IMG/VR virus record: IMGVR_UViG_3300032318_001123
Coordinates: 2,489 to 66,488 of that record
Length of the DNA stretch: 64,000 bases
Origin: a virus
Lineage: Duplodnaviria > Caudoviricetes
Reading direction: 5' to 3' (one strand)
This document shows positions 46,566 through 56,997 of the stretch, in pieces. The first letter of the stretch is position 1. Each line of letters starts with the position of its first letter. The position numbers and the translations under genes are program-made. The notes beneath the pieces were generated by a model that did no database searches, had not been told where the DNA came from, and saw nothing but the letters and a program-made list of their open reading frames with translations.

Positions 46566-48152
46566 TTATTTGCGAGTTGTTCTTTTTCCAGTTGTGGTAG
46601 GTTGATTCCTAACAATATCGTCGATTTCTTTGAACGATAGATTGCCCCTAGCAACTCCGGGATCGGAAGCTACCATCTTTAGAAACTCAGGGCGAACTTT
46701 TTGTAGGAACATGGCAGCAGCCATCACACGGCTATCTTTAGGGTTACCGATATCAAACTTCGGAGCCATGCCTCCTCCGCTGATCTCCGGGTAGACAAGT
46801 TCTAGGGCAGCTGCGACATCTTGCGCATTGTTCTCGTCCGCATCGGCCAGAGGATTTATATCAAGCTGTGCCTGTCGCAGTTCTTCAGCTTTAGCCCTAA
46901 TTGCTGCATTTTCCGAAGATAGAGCCTCATTAATCTGCCGTATTCCCCACGGCTGTTGGGCCAGTCCCGAAGCCTCTTCCATCGCACTTAGTTCCCCTGC
47001 TAGAGCAGTTTCTTTCTGTTTAGCTGCCATGAGTTCTGCTGCCGTCTTAGTCTTACTGGCAATAGGAGTGGGGGTGGAAGTCGCGCTTGGCTCGGTAGGA
47101 GATGTCGTGGGTGTAACTTGAACACCTGTTGGTGAAGGTTCTGAAGGGGTCATTGGTGCGGTACCAGCATTACCTTGAGTTGCAGATTTTGAAGGGGGAA
47201 CTGCAACTCCCGGTGGGATGAGATCTGTGGTCCAATCGTACCCACCATCAGATTGCGCCCCATCGGACGGAGGCACACCTGCTCCGGGGATCAAGGACTT
47301 CGAATACTCTAGTAACTGCGTTTCAAGCGAGTTTTTCAAAGCAACAAGTTGTGGATCTGGATCGTCTCCCAGAGGAGTCTCAGCCAGCCTCCTAGAAACA
47401 ATACTGTAGCTCTGTCGGACATTATCTATTTGTTTTTCAGCCTCGGCTTTCGCTTCTTTTTCAACGGCCTGTTTTGTCTTCTCCGATGTCAGAAGTTGTT
47501 CGCCACGGGCGACATCCAATTCTCCCGTAGCCGTGACTGGGCTAAATGGCAAGTTTATCTCGGCACTTCCGGTGAGCACTTTCTCCCTACGGCCTGCCAT
47601 ATCGGAAAGATTTTTATGCATGTTAATCAATTCTGTTTTAGACGCCACAGATGTTGGTAGGGATGCGTAAAATTTATCCACATCATATGTAGATGTTGCG
47701 TTATCAGCTGCAGCACGGAACAAACTAGTAGCCCTATCTGTAACCAAAGTCGCTGTTTGTTGATCGTCCATTCCAAATTGGTTACTAGAAACTAGTTCAC
47801 GCAATCCTTCTAAATTCTCCACTTTATTTAATCCAGCGGTTAAGTTTGCCGAGTCTCTACGCATACGTGCATCTTTTTCAATATTGTTCTTTTGCGTAAG
47901 AAGATTAGACATGGAAGCAATAGCTTCTGCCTGCGCTTTCATTGGAGCCAACTTTGCGTTTAGTTCCGCTTGAGCTACAGCCAAATTTGATTCGGCTAGT
48001 TGCCTACCCGCAGCGGATGCTCTAGCGGAAGCTTGTGCAGACTGTATATCCCCCGCTCTAACGTCACCGTATCGACCGTATTTACGTAATATCGGATCGC
48101 TACCATATTCGTCTTCGAAATCAAATGGTGACTTGTAGTTATAATTAGCCAT
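46566..48152 (-). CDS. Putative internal virion (ejection) protein
   Basis: Ala/Gln-rich coiled coil with Pro/Thr linker; synteny. Confidence 0.55.
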   Translation of the reverse strand: MANYNYKSPFDFEDEYGSDPILRKYGRYGDVRAGDIQSAQASARASAAGRQLAESNLAVAQAELNAKLAPMKAQAEAIASMSNLLTQKNNIEKDARMRRDSANLTAGLNKVENLEGLRELVSSNQFGMDDQQTATLVTDRATSLFRAAADNATSTYDVDKFYASLPTSVASKTELINMHKNLSDMAGRREKVLTGSAEINLPFSPVTATGELDVARGEQLLTSEKTKQAVEKEAKAEAEKQIDNVRQSYSIVSRRLAETPLGDDPDPQLVALKNSLETQLLEYSKSLIPGAGVPPSDGAQSDGGYDWTTDLIPPGVAVPPSKSATQGNAGTAPMTPSEPSPTGVQVTPTTSPTEPSATSTPTPIASKTKTAAELMAAKQKETALAGELSAMEEASGLAQQPWGIRQINEALSSENAAIRAKAEELRQAQLDINPLADADENNAQDVAAALELVYPEISGGGMAPKFDIGNPKDSRVMAAAMFLQKVRPEFLKMVASDPGVARGNLSFKEIDDIVRNQPTTTGKRTTRK

Positions 48153-48157
48153 TCTAT

Positions 48158-49231
48158 TTATTGAAGAGCAGTTGGGTTGTATGTAAACGGTTTGTAATCT
48201 TCTGATTCAAAATAAGTGCGCCAAAATTGATCTACAGCCGAACTATTTGGATCATAATATTTTGCTAAATTTCGTTTGGATTCTGCTTCTATATCGTAAG
48301 CTGCACTCCTCTGTTTGTCTGATTGTGCTAATCTAGCCTGTTCCGCTGCCAAATTCCGCCTACGAGCACGTGCATCGTACCCAGCTTCTGTTATTTCTTT
48401 CTTACTTTTCTCAGTACCCATCCCTTCTCTAGCATTAATAATATTCTGAAGCACAGCTTTCTCATCCTGCATTGCAATAAATTGCTCGCTCGAATAGGGG
48501 GCGGCACTTCCAGCACGAACGGCACGTCCTTGAAGAGTTTCGGCCCTACGGATTTGGGTCAACCGTTTGTTCGCCTCGCGCTGCAGCTGAACTCCTTCGG
48601 CGTAGGCTTGTTTGTCGGATTCCCATTGTTGACGTTTGGCAGTAGAAGCGGCACCCTCTCTTTTTTCGCGTTCCATGCGGAGGACACCACCGCGTTCGCG
48701 CATAGCGGCTAGGGCGAATTCTTTATTCCTAGAAGCCTCAAGATCAGCCACTCCTTTTGGTGTAAGTCGGGTAGATCCGTAACCATATTGGCCTGCTATT
48801 TGTCGGACTGCACCGCCTTCCGGCGTTTCAATCTCACGTGATACCGCCCCAACTCTGGATTCTTCGGGTATGGCTATTTTTTTACCTGTGCGCTCAGTAA
48901 AAGATTTCTTCGTCAATCCGGGTTCCGAAACCCAAAAATCTTGTGGATTTACGCCTTCTTTTTTCAAAGCTTTGTCAGCTTTGGACATGCTGGCCTCACG
49001 CTCCTTAAGCTGTCTTTTCTTCTCGCGCTTTGGATCCCTTGATTCCTTGATTGCCTGAGCCTCTTGATCCAAGGCGGCGTAGTAACGTTTGACTACATCT
49101 TCATCTGGTTCGTCGCGGGAACGACGGAAGTCCGAGGGCTTTATTTTTTTCTTACTGAAAACTTCTCTAGCCTCCATGCCGTAGTCCGTCTCTCTCGGAG
49201 ATTCGGAAAATCTGTAGTCTGAAATAGCCAT
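48158..49231 (-). CDS. Putative internal virion protein, highly charged coiled coil
   Basis: R/E/K/A-rich; synteny. Confidence 0.55.
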   Translation of the reverse strand: MAISDYRFSESPRETDYGMEAREVFSKKKIKPSDFRRSRDEPDEDVVKRYYAALDQEAQAIKESRDPKREKKRQLKEREASMSKADKALKKEGVNPQDFWVSEPGLTKKSFTERTGKKIAIPEESRVGAVSREIETPEGGAVRQIAGQYGYGSTRLTPKGVADLEASRNKEFALAAMRERGGVLRMEREKREGAASTAKRQQWESDKQAYAEGVQLQREANKRLTQIRRAETLQGRAVRAGSAAPYSSEQFIAMQDEKAVLQNIINAREGMGTEKSKKEITEAGYDARARRRNLAAEQARLAQSDKQRSAAYDIEAESKRNLAKYYDPNSSAVDQFWRTYFESEDYKPFTYNPTALQ

Positions 49232-49247
49232 TGTAGTGATCTTAAAT

Positions 49248-49574
49248 TTATTCTTGCAAACTCATCATTTCTTTTCGCGCTCTGGCAAGGCCCAGCTGAC
49301 GCATTTCTTCTTCGTCGCGAAGTTTTCGTTTCTGCCTATCCACCATCATCTGATTATAAGTTTGTTGGGTGAGTGTATTTAATATATTTCTCTCTCTACG
49401 ACGAAAATCTTCCTCACCTCTTAGAGTCCCCGGTTTCCGATCAAATGGGATGGTAGGATCCTCCATCATTTGTTTCCTAAGTCCTTCTCTGGAAGCGGGA
49501 GTATTTTTTATTTGCTCGTATCGCTCCGCTGCTTTTTGAGCAGCAAGTAACTTCATTGCGTAATCTTCGTCCAT
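49248..49574 (-). CDS. Hypothetical charged protein
   Basis: In operon. Confidence 0.65.
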   Translation of the reverse strand: MDEDYAMKLLAAQKAAERYEQIKNTPASREGLRKQMMEDPTIPFDRKPGTLRGEEDFRRRERNILNTLTQQTYNQMMVDRQKRKLRDEEEMRQLGLARARKEMMSLQE

Positions 49575-49578
49575 AGTA

Positions 49579-50538
49579 TTAGTATTGTTTTGCCACGCGG
49601 TTGAGTCCGAATCCGTGTGGACTGAACCGCATTGTATTGAACTGACCGCCTCGCTGTTCTCGCAACTCTGCGTTCAGCAGGGACAGAGCCTTTGTAAAGT
49701 ATTCGTTGGATCTTTCCAAGTCATTTGTGTCCTCGTACTTAAGGGAAATGAGACCCAGCTTCAAGGCACCCATGTTTCCGGGGATTACTTCGTCATTCTC
49801 CGAAACTACAGGGACGTACCTACGCTTACACAGGGCACGGACAGTAGGGGTCTCGGAGGTATCGGCAACAGTGACGCGGTATCTACGATAGCTGACGTTG
49901 GTCTCTCCGGGCTCGTAGTCCCCGATCTGGGTTTCGGCGTTCGAGGAATCCACGGCCCAAAGGGTAAGGTATCCTAGAGTAGCTGGCTTCACAATCGAGG
50001 TAATGGTCGAAAAATACTGGGAAGTCGTATTCTCGGCTGACGCAAGGTTCAGAGTAATGCCCTCGGAACCATCGGAATCGTAGACCACTTTACCAGTAGA
50101 GTCTGTTCCTTTGATTAGGACATAGTTACCGTTGCTCCTATCGGATGCATTGGGCACTTTGATACGAACACGGAATGAAGCATAGGGGGAGTCGGAATAG
50201 GTAGGGTATCCATCACCTTTATCAACCACGATATCTGGGCCGCTGTAGGTACTGAGATCGATTTCTCCGGGACCGCCCGGAAGGAAACTATACCACCGCC
50301 CAAACGGGGTACGGGGTACCTTCTGTACAGTGACTCCAAGAATGGATTCGCAGCGGCGGGGTAGGGTTACGTATCCTTCAGAAGCATCTAAATCAACTTC
50401 AACCATCATTCCCTTCCACTTACCACTGACGAAAAAACGCTCACAAAGCTCGTTGACGCGAGCAGGTACCAGAATGGTATTCGGACCATCCGGGCTGATG
50501 TGCTGGTGTAAAAGCTGACGTACTTGCGAGAGGGTCAT
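49579..50538 (-). CDS. Putative head-tail adaptor / tail tubular protein
   Basis: Helical N- and C-termini (GALKLGL...A...L..EL) around a beta insert; adaptor-like architecture. Confidence 0.45.
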   Translation of the reverse strand: MTLSQVRQLLHQHISPDGPNTILVPARVNELCERFFVSGKWKGMMVEVDLDASEGYVTLPRRCESILGVTVQKVPRTPFGRWYSFLPGGPGEIDLSTYSGPDIVVDKGDGYPTYSDSPYASFRVRIKVPNASDRSNGNYVLIKGTDSTGKVVYDSDGSEGITLNLASAENTTSQYFSTITSIVKPATLGYLTLWAVDSSNAETQIGDYEPGETNVSYRRYRVTVADTSETPTVRALCKRRYVPVVSENDEVIPGNMGALKLGLISLKYEDTNDLERSNEYFTKALSLLNAELREQRGGQFNTMRFSPHGFGLNRVAKQY

Positions 50539-50543
50539 GGTAT

Positions 50544-50927
50544 TTAGTAATCTCGGTAATATTCCTGAGCAGTAACCGTAGGTTTACTTTTATATGCTTG
50601 AGACATGACTTTGTTGTATTCCGGTGCACCTTTTAATCCTTGCCTCCGTAAATTACTTGCATATGTGTTAAAATCTGTGCGTTCTTTAGATTCGGAAATG
50701 ATTCTACGCAGGTCTGGTTTTTCGGGTGGTGTTCCAAGATATTTAGCACCGTACATGCTCTCCATTACTTTTTTAGGTTCTGCACTGATACCCATATCAG
50801 ATTTTGTTGGTACCTGTCCACGAGCTTCCGAGACCATATAGTCTTCATAGCTTTTTCTGGCCATACGCTTTCGGAGCATATCCTCATAGTCCATATCGCC
50901 GCCGCTATCTAGTCTATTCATATTCAT
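50544..50927 (-). CDS. Hypothetical charged protein
   Basis: In operon. Confidence 0.6.
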   Translation of the reverse strand: MNMNRLDSGGDMDYEDMLRKRMARKSYEDYMVSEARGQVPTKSDMGISAEPKKVMESMYGAKYLGTPPEKPDLRRIISESKERTDFNTYASNLRRQGLKGAPEYNKVMSQAYKSKPTVTAQEYYRDY

Positions 50928-50957
50928 GTATTTGGTATACTTTAGATCAAGTTATTT

Positions 50958-51221
50958 TTAAAGAGAAATTTTATTCAGAAAATTACGGCGTTTGGCGCAA
51001 GGTGACTCTGGACGTAGTTTTTTTTGTTCATCTAGGCAAGGTAAATTCAATGCTTTGGCTACAGGTTTTGCCAGAGCTTCAACAATATCACCAAGCCCCC
51101 TAATCCCGTGGGGGCACTCATCAGGAGCACCTACAGAGGCTCTCCATGCTGGATCAGATCGACAGGCACGGCAATGAGCGCGGCTGTGGCAGTGGACTGA
51201 ATTGGAGAAGGCTATTCCCAT
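50958..51221 (-). CDS. Small Cys-rich protein
   Basis: HC..CR, CPHG.RGLGD.V, PC.KRR.FLN; start adjusted to overlap at 51221. Confidence 0.6.
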   Translation of the reverse strand: MGIAFSNSVHCHSRAHCRACRSDPAWRASVGAPDECPHGIRGLGDIVEALAKPVAKALNLPCLDEQKKLRPESPCAKRRNFLNKISL

Positions 51222-51679
51222 GAGAGTGTTGCTACACCTCCATATGCCCAACCGTCATTACCGCAGTTATCAGAATCTAACATGTTGGGAAGACTGCTTC
51301 CATTTGTAAAGTATGCCGCAGCAAATGCTGATCCGTCTTTATCTGGACCGCCGCCCCCGCCGGGAGGAACAAATGGATCAGCATCTGCTGCGCCATCATA
51401 AGATAGATAAAATTTCACTCCATTTTCATCAGAAAAACAAACAGCACGAATCCAGTTATTTCCATCATTATATGTCCAAAGTCCATTCACGCCGTCGATG
51501 AATTCATTGGCGGATGTTCTTGTAAGAACAGCAAAATTTAATGTTGGCGGATTGTCTGGAAGTCCAGATTTAGGTGGACATAGTGTTAATCCAGAAAATA
51601 CAACGGTTATTTGATCTGGTAAAGATGCACACGGATCACAGCACTCTGGACAATACACACTTGATGTGTGGGTAATCAT
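51212..51679 (-). CDS. Putative tail-tip protein with Cys-rich N-terminus
   Basis: YCPECCDPC; virion operon. Confidence 0.55.
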   Translation of the reverse strand: MITHTSSVYCPECCDPCASLPDQITVVFSGLTLCPPKSGLPDNPPTLNFAVLTRTSANEFIDGVNGLWTYNDGNNWIRAVCFSDENGVKFYLSYDGAADADPFVPPGGGGGPDKDGSAFAAAYFTNGSSLPNMLDSDNCGNDGWAYGGVATLSWE

Positions 51680-51683
51680 TGGA

Positions 51684-51995
51684 TCAAAGATTGAGCGTCA
51701 CCGTCACAGTACCGTTTTCACACACTGCATCAATTGAGGCTTGGTCCAATCTTTTTTCAATTGCTGCAAGTCTGCTTAAAATATCTGTCGAAGGTATCCC
51801 ATCCCAATCTGTTGAATTTTTATTGGAAGCAACTGCACCCCCACTAATTCGACCATTCACCAAAGACATACTCTGTAATACTGAAACGCTCGGGAAACTG
51901 CCCAAGGGGATAGGCTTATTTGTTGAATCCGAAGCAGAAGCAACTCTGCTGACAGATGCGATGCCTCTGCCGTTACCACTCGCGGTTTGAATCAT
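51684..51995 (-). CDS. Putative virion protein with short coiled coil
   Basis: RLAAIEKRLD. Confidence 0.55.
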   Translation of the reverse strand: MIQTASGNGRGIASVSRVASASDSTNKPIPLGSFPSVSVLQSMSLVNGRISGGAVASNKNSTDWDGIPSTDILSRLAAIEKRLDQASIDAVCENGTVTVTLNL

Positions 51996-52393
51996 ATAAC
52001 TCGGCTTAAAGTCAAAGTACCACGTGTGTAGTAAACTTTGCGGTTTGGTCGATCAAAATGTGATATGTAGATATAGAATGGCGTGAACGGGAATCCCGTA
52101 CCTTCAAGAAGTACGGTTACGAACCACTGATCAAATCGGCGGAAAAAATCGAATGATGGTGGAAGATACAGGGTTTCATTCTTAAATGGTGAACTACCCG
52201 AAGTGGAGATAACATCCGGTCCCGGTTTACCAGAATTGGGGTGCTCGAATTGTAAAATAATCTCGTCGATTACCGTAGAAGTAAACGGTTCGGGATTGGT
52301 GAAATTTACGGTACCAAAATCCAAAGGTACCGTAGTGTAGTCACCCGGAACAACGGGGATCGTAAAATTTACTGATGGTGCTTCGATTATCAT
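51992..52393 (-). CDS. Hypothetical virion protein
   Basis: Beta-rich; in operon. Confidence 0.55.
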   Translation of the reverse strand: MIIEAPSVNFTIPVVPGDYTTVPLDFGTVNFTNPEPFTSTVIDEIILQFEHPNSGKPGPDVISTSGSSPFKNETLYLPPSFDFFRRFDQWFVTVLLEGTGFPFTPFYIYISHFDRPNRKVYYTRGTLTLSRVI

Positions 52394-52395
52394 AC

Positions 52396-53052
52396 TCAGA
52401 AAGGTCCGAATATACTGTATAGCTGACTATACGCATTATCTAACATAGAGTAGCTATTATTTTCATTATAAGCATTGAATTGAATTGCCGTTGTATTTGG
52501 TCTTCTCCAGCGTCTAACTGAGCTATTATTTGTAGCCAATGAATAAGTCTGATCTGGTGGCTGTATTACAGCTACCACTCCATAATAATAAACGATCGGG
52601 GTTGTAGGGCCGTAGGGGTCATTAATATCTATGAGGTCACCTCCTGTAGTGATATAACCCGCATGGAGATCTATCAAAGTGTACACATCTACCCAGTTAA
52701 AAACTGGTATACTTACTCCTGATATTGTAGGAATAACTGCATTATTAAAAGAATTTAATGTAAAATTTAAAATTTGTGGTTCTGTTGGTATGTTGCTAGT
52801 TAAATTAAGAAAACGTCGATTATTATCGGCGGTCCTCAAATTAGCGTTCGAGGGTTTCATAAGTTCGACACCATACTGTTTTAACGAATTTTCTGAGGGC
52901 TGGTATGGAGTCCAAGCCGAAGCAGTAGCTAACAATGGTGCTGCCCAACTACCGCGATCGACTCCATGGTCAATAAATCGATCCATACCGGGGGTATATT
53001 TCAACGCCACAGTATTATTACTACTATCTTTTAATTTAATCCATTTACCCAT
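52396..53052 (-). CDS. Hypothetical virion protein, AT-rich
   Basis: In operon. Confidence 0.55.
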   Translation of the reverse strand: MGKWIKLKDSSNNTVALKYTPGMDRFIDHGVDRGSWAAPLLATASAWTPYQPSENSLKQYGVELMKPSNANLRTADNNRRFLNLTSNIPTEPQILNFTLNSFNNAVIPTISGVSIPVFNWVDVYTLIDLHAGYITTGGDLIDINDPYGPTTPIVYYYGVVAVIQPPDQTYSLATNNSSVRRWRRPNTTAIQFNAYNENNSYSMLDNAYSQLYSIFGPF

Positions 53053-53053
53053 G

Positions 53054-54364
53054 TTAGATAGGCTCCTTTACATACATTAATCGTTTCACCCAAATATTAC
53101 CGTACCATGTTTTAATCTCACCGCCAATAAGTAACTCTTGTCCGGGTATGTAGTTTGTAGGATTGCTGGCATCACCAAATCCAACCCGATAGACTACCCC
53201 ACCGCGTGTTACTGATCCTCCACGAATCGACATAGGGGCCGGGGGGTGGATGGTGTTTGCAGGAATGTCAAAAAGTTGTTGCGCCCAAGAACGTGTCTCT
53301 ACTTTGAAAAACGGAAGATTTGAGATATCCAAAGCAGGATCACTCTCCAAATGAAAAGTAGTAACCCACTTAGCGGCTACAATCATGGTGGTCGGCAGTC
53401 GGTTATCCAGCTGACCCATATCGACGGAAATTTCACCCGTATCTTTTAGAATAGCTTTCCACGTATATATGATTCCGGGAAATGTGTATGTATCTGTTGT
53501 GTACTCCACGCGGGATGCTGGTAGTACTGGTTGCCCTGTGGCTGGATTTATCGGTAGTTCTTTGGTGGTGCGTAGTACATACGGAAACCGCATCGGGGAA
53601 TCTTGTATGTCCATTGTTGCACTTGTGAACACCGGAGCGGGTAGTGGCTGATATCGAGTCAAGAGTTCACGTTTTACTTGGACTACGATATTTTTCTCCA
53701 CCGTCTCGTACGTACTATACGGATCGGGCAACTTCTCCATCGTCCTGCGCTGGCGAGTGGCTTTGGAAACATCCTCGGCGATGACGGAATCTGAAACAAA
53801 AAGCCCAGTTGGATCCGGTAGTTCTCCGGGAGGCACCTGTTGGTTAACTACAGTCTCTATTACTCCGTATTCATTTATCTCGGTACTCGAGATTTCCGGT
53901 CCCGGAAGAGTTTCAAAAACTCTGTTTACCTTTAGGTAAAGACTATTTAATTCGCCATCAGCAGGTTCAGCCTCTTCGTCAACAAGCCTAGCTCCAGCAA
54001 ACAGGGGGTCAGGGGTTCCGTCTTCAAACGGCTTGTACTCATCACGCAACTCCAAATAAGTTCGTATGTATATAGGATGATTTTCGCTACCTCCGCTGTA
54101 CTTGATGGCGTAGTTGTAAGCCTCTTGGTTTACGCGATCAGTGGCATAGATCCGTCGAACGAATCGGTCATCTTCTAGCGGTGCCTGTGAAATGAGTTTC
54201 GCCCCCGGAAAACGGGTTTGGTCCGGATACAGGGTTCCGTATTCCAAGGATTTGTAACCGGGAAGCCGTGAATCAACATCCAGAGTTATCACGATATCCG
54301 ACACCTGAGGTGTAGGATAAGCTGTGATCGGTGTATCCGGTGCTACTGGACGTTTTTGGGCCAT
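53054..54364 (-). CDS. Putative tail protein
   Basis: Internal repeat (GT.YP....FPGAKL / GTPDPLFAGARL); beta-rich. Confidence 0.5.
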   Translation of the reverse strand: MAQKRPVAPDTPITAYPTPQVSDIVITLDVDSRLPGYKSLEYGTLYPDQTRFPGAKLISQAPLEDDRFVRRIYATDRVNQEAYNYAIKYSGGSENHPIYIRTYLELRDEYKPFEDGTPDPLFAGARLVDEEAEPADGELNSLYLKVNRVFETLPGPEISSTEINEYGVIETVVNQQVPPGELPDPTGLFVSDSVIAEDVSKATRQRRTMEKLPDPYSTYETVEKNIVVQVKRELLTRYQPLPAPVFTSATMDIQDSPMRFPYVLRTTKELPINPATGQPVLPASRVEYTTDTYTFPGIIYTWKAILKDTGEISVDMGQLDNRLPTTMIVAAKWVTTFHLESDPALDISNLPFFKVETRSWAQQLFDIPANTIHPPAPMSIRGGSVTRGGVVYRVGFGDASNPTNYIPGQELLIGGEIKTWYGNIWVKRLMYVKEPI

Positions 54365-54366
54365 GG

Positions 54367-54897
54367 CTAGGACTTGTCGATTAGGACGTAGGGGATTTGT
54401 TTAACCCCTGCACGGTTCATCTCCATTTTCACGAGTTCGTAGAAGCCACTCCACTGCGATGGGGGTATCGTCTGACATCCGAGAGACGAGGTCGTAGAAT
54501 TCGATCCTTTGTGGATATTGATTCCAAACCATCCACTATCATCACCCTCTTTGTAACGAGAGACCGTAACTGGGGCAGCTTGAACCAATGCGGGATACTG
54601 GCGACTTTTTGCTTTGCTAACGTTGTGGATGCCGAGCTTGTATTGCCAGACTCCCGGTTTAAGGCGTGCTACATGCGGTTTAAGGATCGACGGGTCCGTG
54701 TTCGCATTGAACGGGTAGAAGCCATACTTCGAAATAAGGAAGATGGCATCGTCGTACACATTGATATTATTGCCGTGAGGGGCAAATGTATCGCTGTAGT
54801 ACCCGCGAACCCCGACCAAAGTAACCGGAGAATCCACGCCTTTCAGCATGGCTTCAGTTTCTTTTCGAGTCTGCTGCGGCTTAAACTTTGGGATCAT
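54367..54897 (-). CDS. Candidate endolysin with L,D-transpeptidase (YkuD)-like catalytic motif
   Basis: GINIHKG.......SLGCQ (His...Cys); start adjusted to ATGA overlap; holin-like genes nearby. Confidence 0.55.
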   Translation of the reverse strand: MIPKFKPQQTRKETEAMLKGVDSPVTLVGVRGYYSDTFAPHGNNINVYDDAIFLISKYGFYPFNANTDPSILKPHVARLKPGVWQYKLGIHNVSKAKSRQYPALVQAAPVTVSRYKEGDDSGWFGINIHKGSNSTTSSLGCQTIPPSQWSGFYELVKMEMNRAGVKQIPYVLIDKS

Positions 54898-56111
54898 TTG
54901 AATAGAGGGACTCGGAAAGAAGTATTGCTTCCGTTTGTAAAGACATTGACCTCCATCCAAGCAACAATGTTATTAAAGGCTGATCCAGCAGGGGTAGTGT
55001 TTGTACTAAACACCGCTGCTTGGAAGTTGGCATTGTTGGTGTTGGTGAGGGCTGGTAGGCCGAGTCTGAAGTTGGTTCTGCTAATTGCCCTATTCTCTTC
55101 AATATTTATATCGGCAAATCGTATTGGCTCGACAAATAATATATTATGGTAGAATGTCCACTGACCTGATTCACGAATAAACTTCACTGATTCCTCGGCG
55201 TTACTAATCGTAACAAAGTTAGTAGCGGTGCCAACCTGACGTACAGCCGTAACAGTGCTTGTCGAACCCCTGTGAGTAACTGTTGCGGAATCCCCGTCAA
55301 ATGTTGCAGAATTTGTTGGCAAAGCGATCACATTAGTCACCCCCGAAATACTGGGTAACATGGAGTAGACATAAAGATTACGGGCATTTGTACCGTAATT
55401 TGTAGAATTTGTAAGTGGATTGAATGTCTGAACCAGTGTTTGAATAGGTGCGGCTTGCCAAAAATTAGTCGGACTAACAACAGAACCATTAGTATTCACG
55501 GAAACAAGGCTGGTTCCAGCATTTGTATTTGTGAGTGCAGGCCAACCAAGGCCAAGATTGGCTCTCCAAGTCGTAGCATCATTTGCCGTTTCAAATGTGA
55601 GAAAACCAGCATCGGTTACTCTAAACTCTTGCGCTTTAACCGTTCCTCCTCCAGCAGAAACATAAGCGGTGTCGATACTGCCGAAAGTAACCCCTGTGTT
55701 TGTTTCCCCAAGCCCTATTGCTGTGCGAAATTTAGAAACGTTGGTATTAGTTAGTGCTGACAAACCGAGTTCAAGGTTTGTTCTAGCTATAGCTGCATTA
55801 GTAGCTCCCGTCCCTCCATTGATGATCGCGGTAGTGCCAATAATATTGGTAGCACGTAGGTTTGTCAGGTTTACTGCATTACTTGATGCAAGGTTGGAGA
55901 GGGTCAGAGAAGATGGTTGAAACGCGGAAGAAGCGTTGGTCGCGGCACTGCCTAGACCGAGACCCGTACGTCCCTGCGAAGCATTGGCCGTCCAAAAATT
56001 AGACGGATACGTAATAGTATAGTTGGACTTATTTACCATTACAGCGTTCTGTCCGTAAGCATTTATGGCTACCGACATTGCTGTAAACAAGATTGCTAGT
56101 TTTTTACACAT
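54894..56111 (-). CDS. Fibre-like protein with apparent Sec signal peptide
   Basis: MCKKLAILFTAMSVAINAYG|Q; three RTNL.LG..ALTNTN-type repeats; start overlaps upstream stop. Confidence 0.7.
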   Translation of the reverse strand: MCKKLAILFTAMSVAINAYGQNAVMVNKSNYTITYPSNFWTANASQGRTGLGLGSAATNASSAFQPSSLTLSNLASSNAVNLTNLRATNIIGTTAIINGGTGATNAAIARTNLELGLSALTNTNVSKFRTAIGLGETNTGVTFGSIDTAYVSAGGGTVKAQEFRVTDAGFLTFETANDATTWRANLGLGWPALTNTNAGTSLVSVNTNGSVVSPTNFWQAAPIQTLVQTFNPLTNSTNYGTNARNLYVYSMLPSISGVTNVIALPTNSATFDGDSATVTHRGSTSTVTAVRQVGTATNFVTISNAEESVKFIRESGQWTFYHNILFVEPIRFADINIEENRAISRTNFRLGLPALTNTNNANFQAAVFSTNTTPAGSAFNNIVAWMEVNVFTNGSNTSFRVPLFK

Positions 56112-56997
56112 CGACGAATTCATCTCCAAGCGCGAGTTGGTTATTTGGATTTCCTGACACACGCGCCTCATGCCAGTTTCCGGTTGTAATATTACGTAGT
56201 AACAGTCGACCTGTGGTCAGGTCAACCTTGTATCTATTTGAAGTCAAAGTAAATCCCACAGGGGGCGTATCTCCGAGAGATATGGTAGTTCCGTCAATGC
56301 CTCGTAGCAATACATTGACCCACACACCTGTATCGTCATTTTTAATCTGTAGAATCCCGTTATTGATGCGCACAAAATCATCTGACAATGAGGTAATCTC
56401 GTTGACGGGGCCGAGCACGGCATCGCCGAGAGAAAATGTAAAACTTCCGTCTTCCCCAGTGACAACAAGTTCTCTCCAATCATTGCCGTCGACATTACGG
56501 ACGAGAAGTCCGTTGTCGTAGGATACTCCGACATACAATCCCGCTAGATCCATATCGGTAACGCGGTATCCGCTATTGACCAATGTATAATTAAACTCAA
56601 CTTCTGTGATATAAGAGGAAGTACTGAGTTGAATGATTCCAAGAAAATCGGCTGACGGCAGGTCATTTCCCGGACCAGCGTCCAATTTCAGAGATTCTCG
56701 ATAAGTGGTACCTGTTACTGAAACCTGACCATCGTAAAAAACAACCCCGGACGAACTAAAACTCGGAACCCTTGAAAAACTGTTCAAAGACCACAATGCA
56801 GCCACATCCCTGCGGCGGGGTTTCTTGACTAGGAACTTGACTGCGGTATCCGTAACCCGCCCACCACCGCTGCGGTATACAGCCACACGCAGGGTATACT
56901 GATCGCCATACTTATCCGACCAAGTAGAGAAAGGCCGAGGATCGTCGATCCAGCGGCTGAGCTTTCCACTATCTAGGTCTATGGCTAGGCTTTTCAT
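56104..56997 (-). CDS. Virion appendage / adaptor-like protein with three C-terminal repeats
   Basis: Ig/BppU-like N-half; three G.L..RN.....W......G repeats. Confidence 0.55.
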   Translation of the reverse strand: MKSLAIDLDSGKLSRWIDDPRPFSTWSDKYGDQYTLRVAVYRSGGGRVTDTAVKFLVKKPRRRDVAALWSLNSFSRVPSFSSSGVVFYDGQVSVTGTTYRESLKLDAGPGNDLPSADFLGIIQLSTSSYITEVEFNYTLVNSGYRVTDMDLAGLYVGVSYDNGLLVRNVDGNDWRELVVTGEDGSFTFSLGDAVLGPVNEITSLSDDFVRINNGILQIKNDDTGVWVNVLLRGIDGTTISLGDTPPVGFTLTSNRYKVDLTTGRLLLRNITTGNWHEARVSGNPNNQLALGDEFVDV

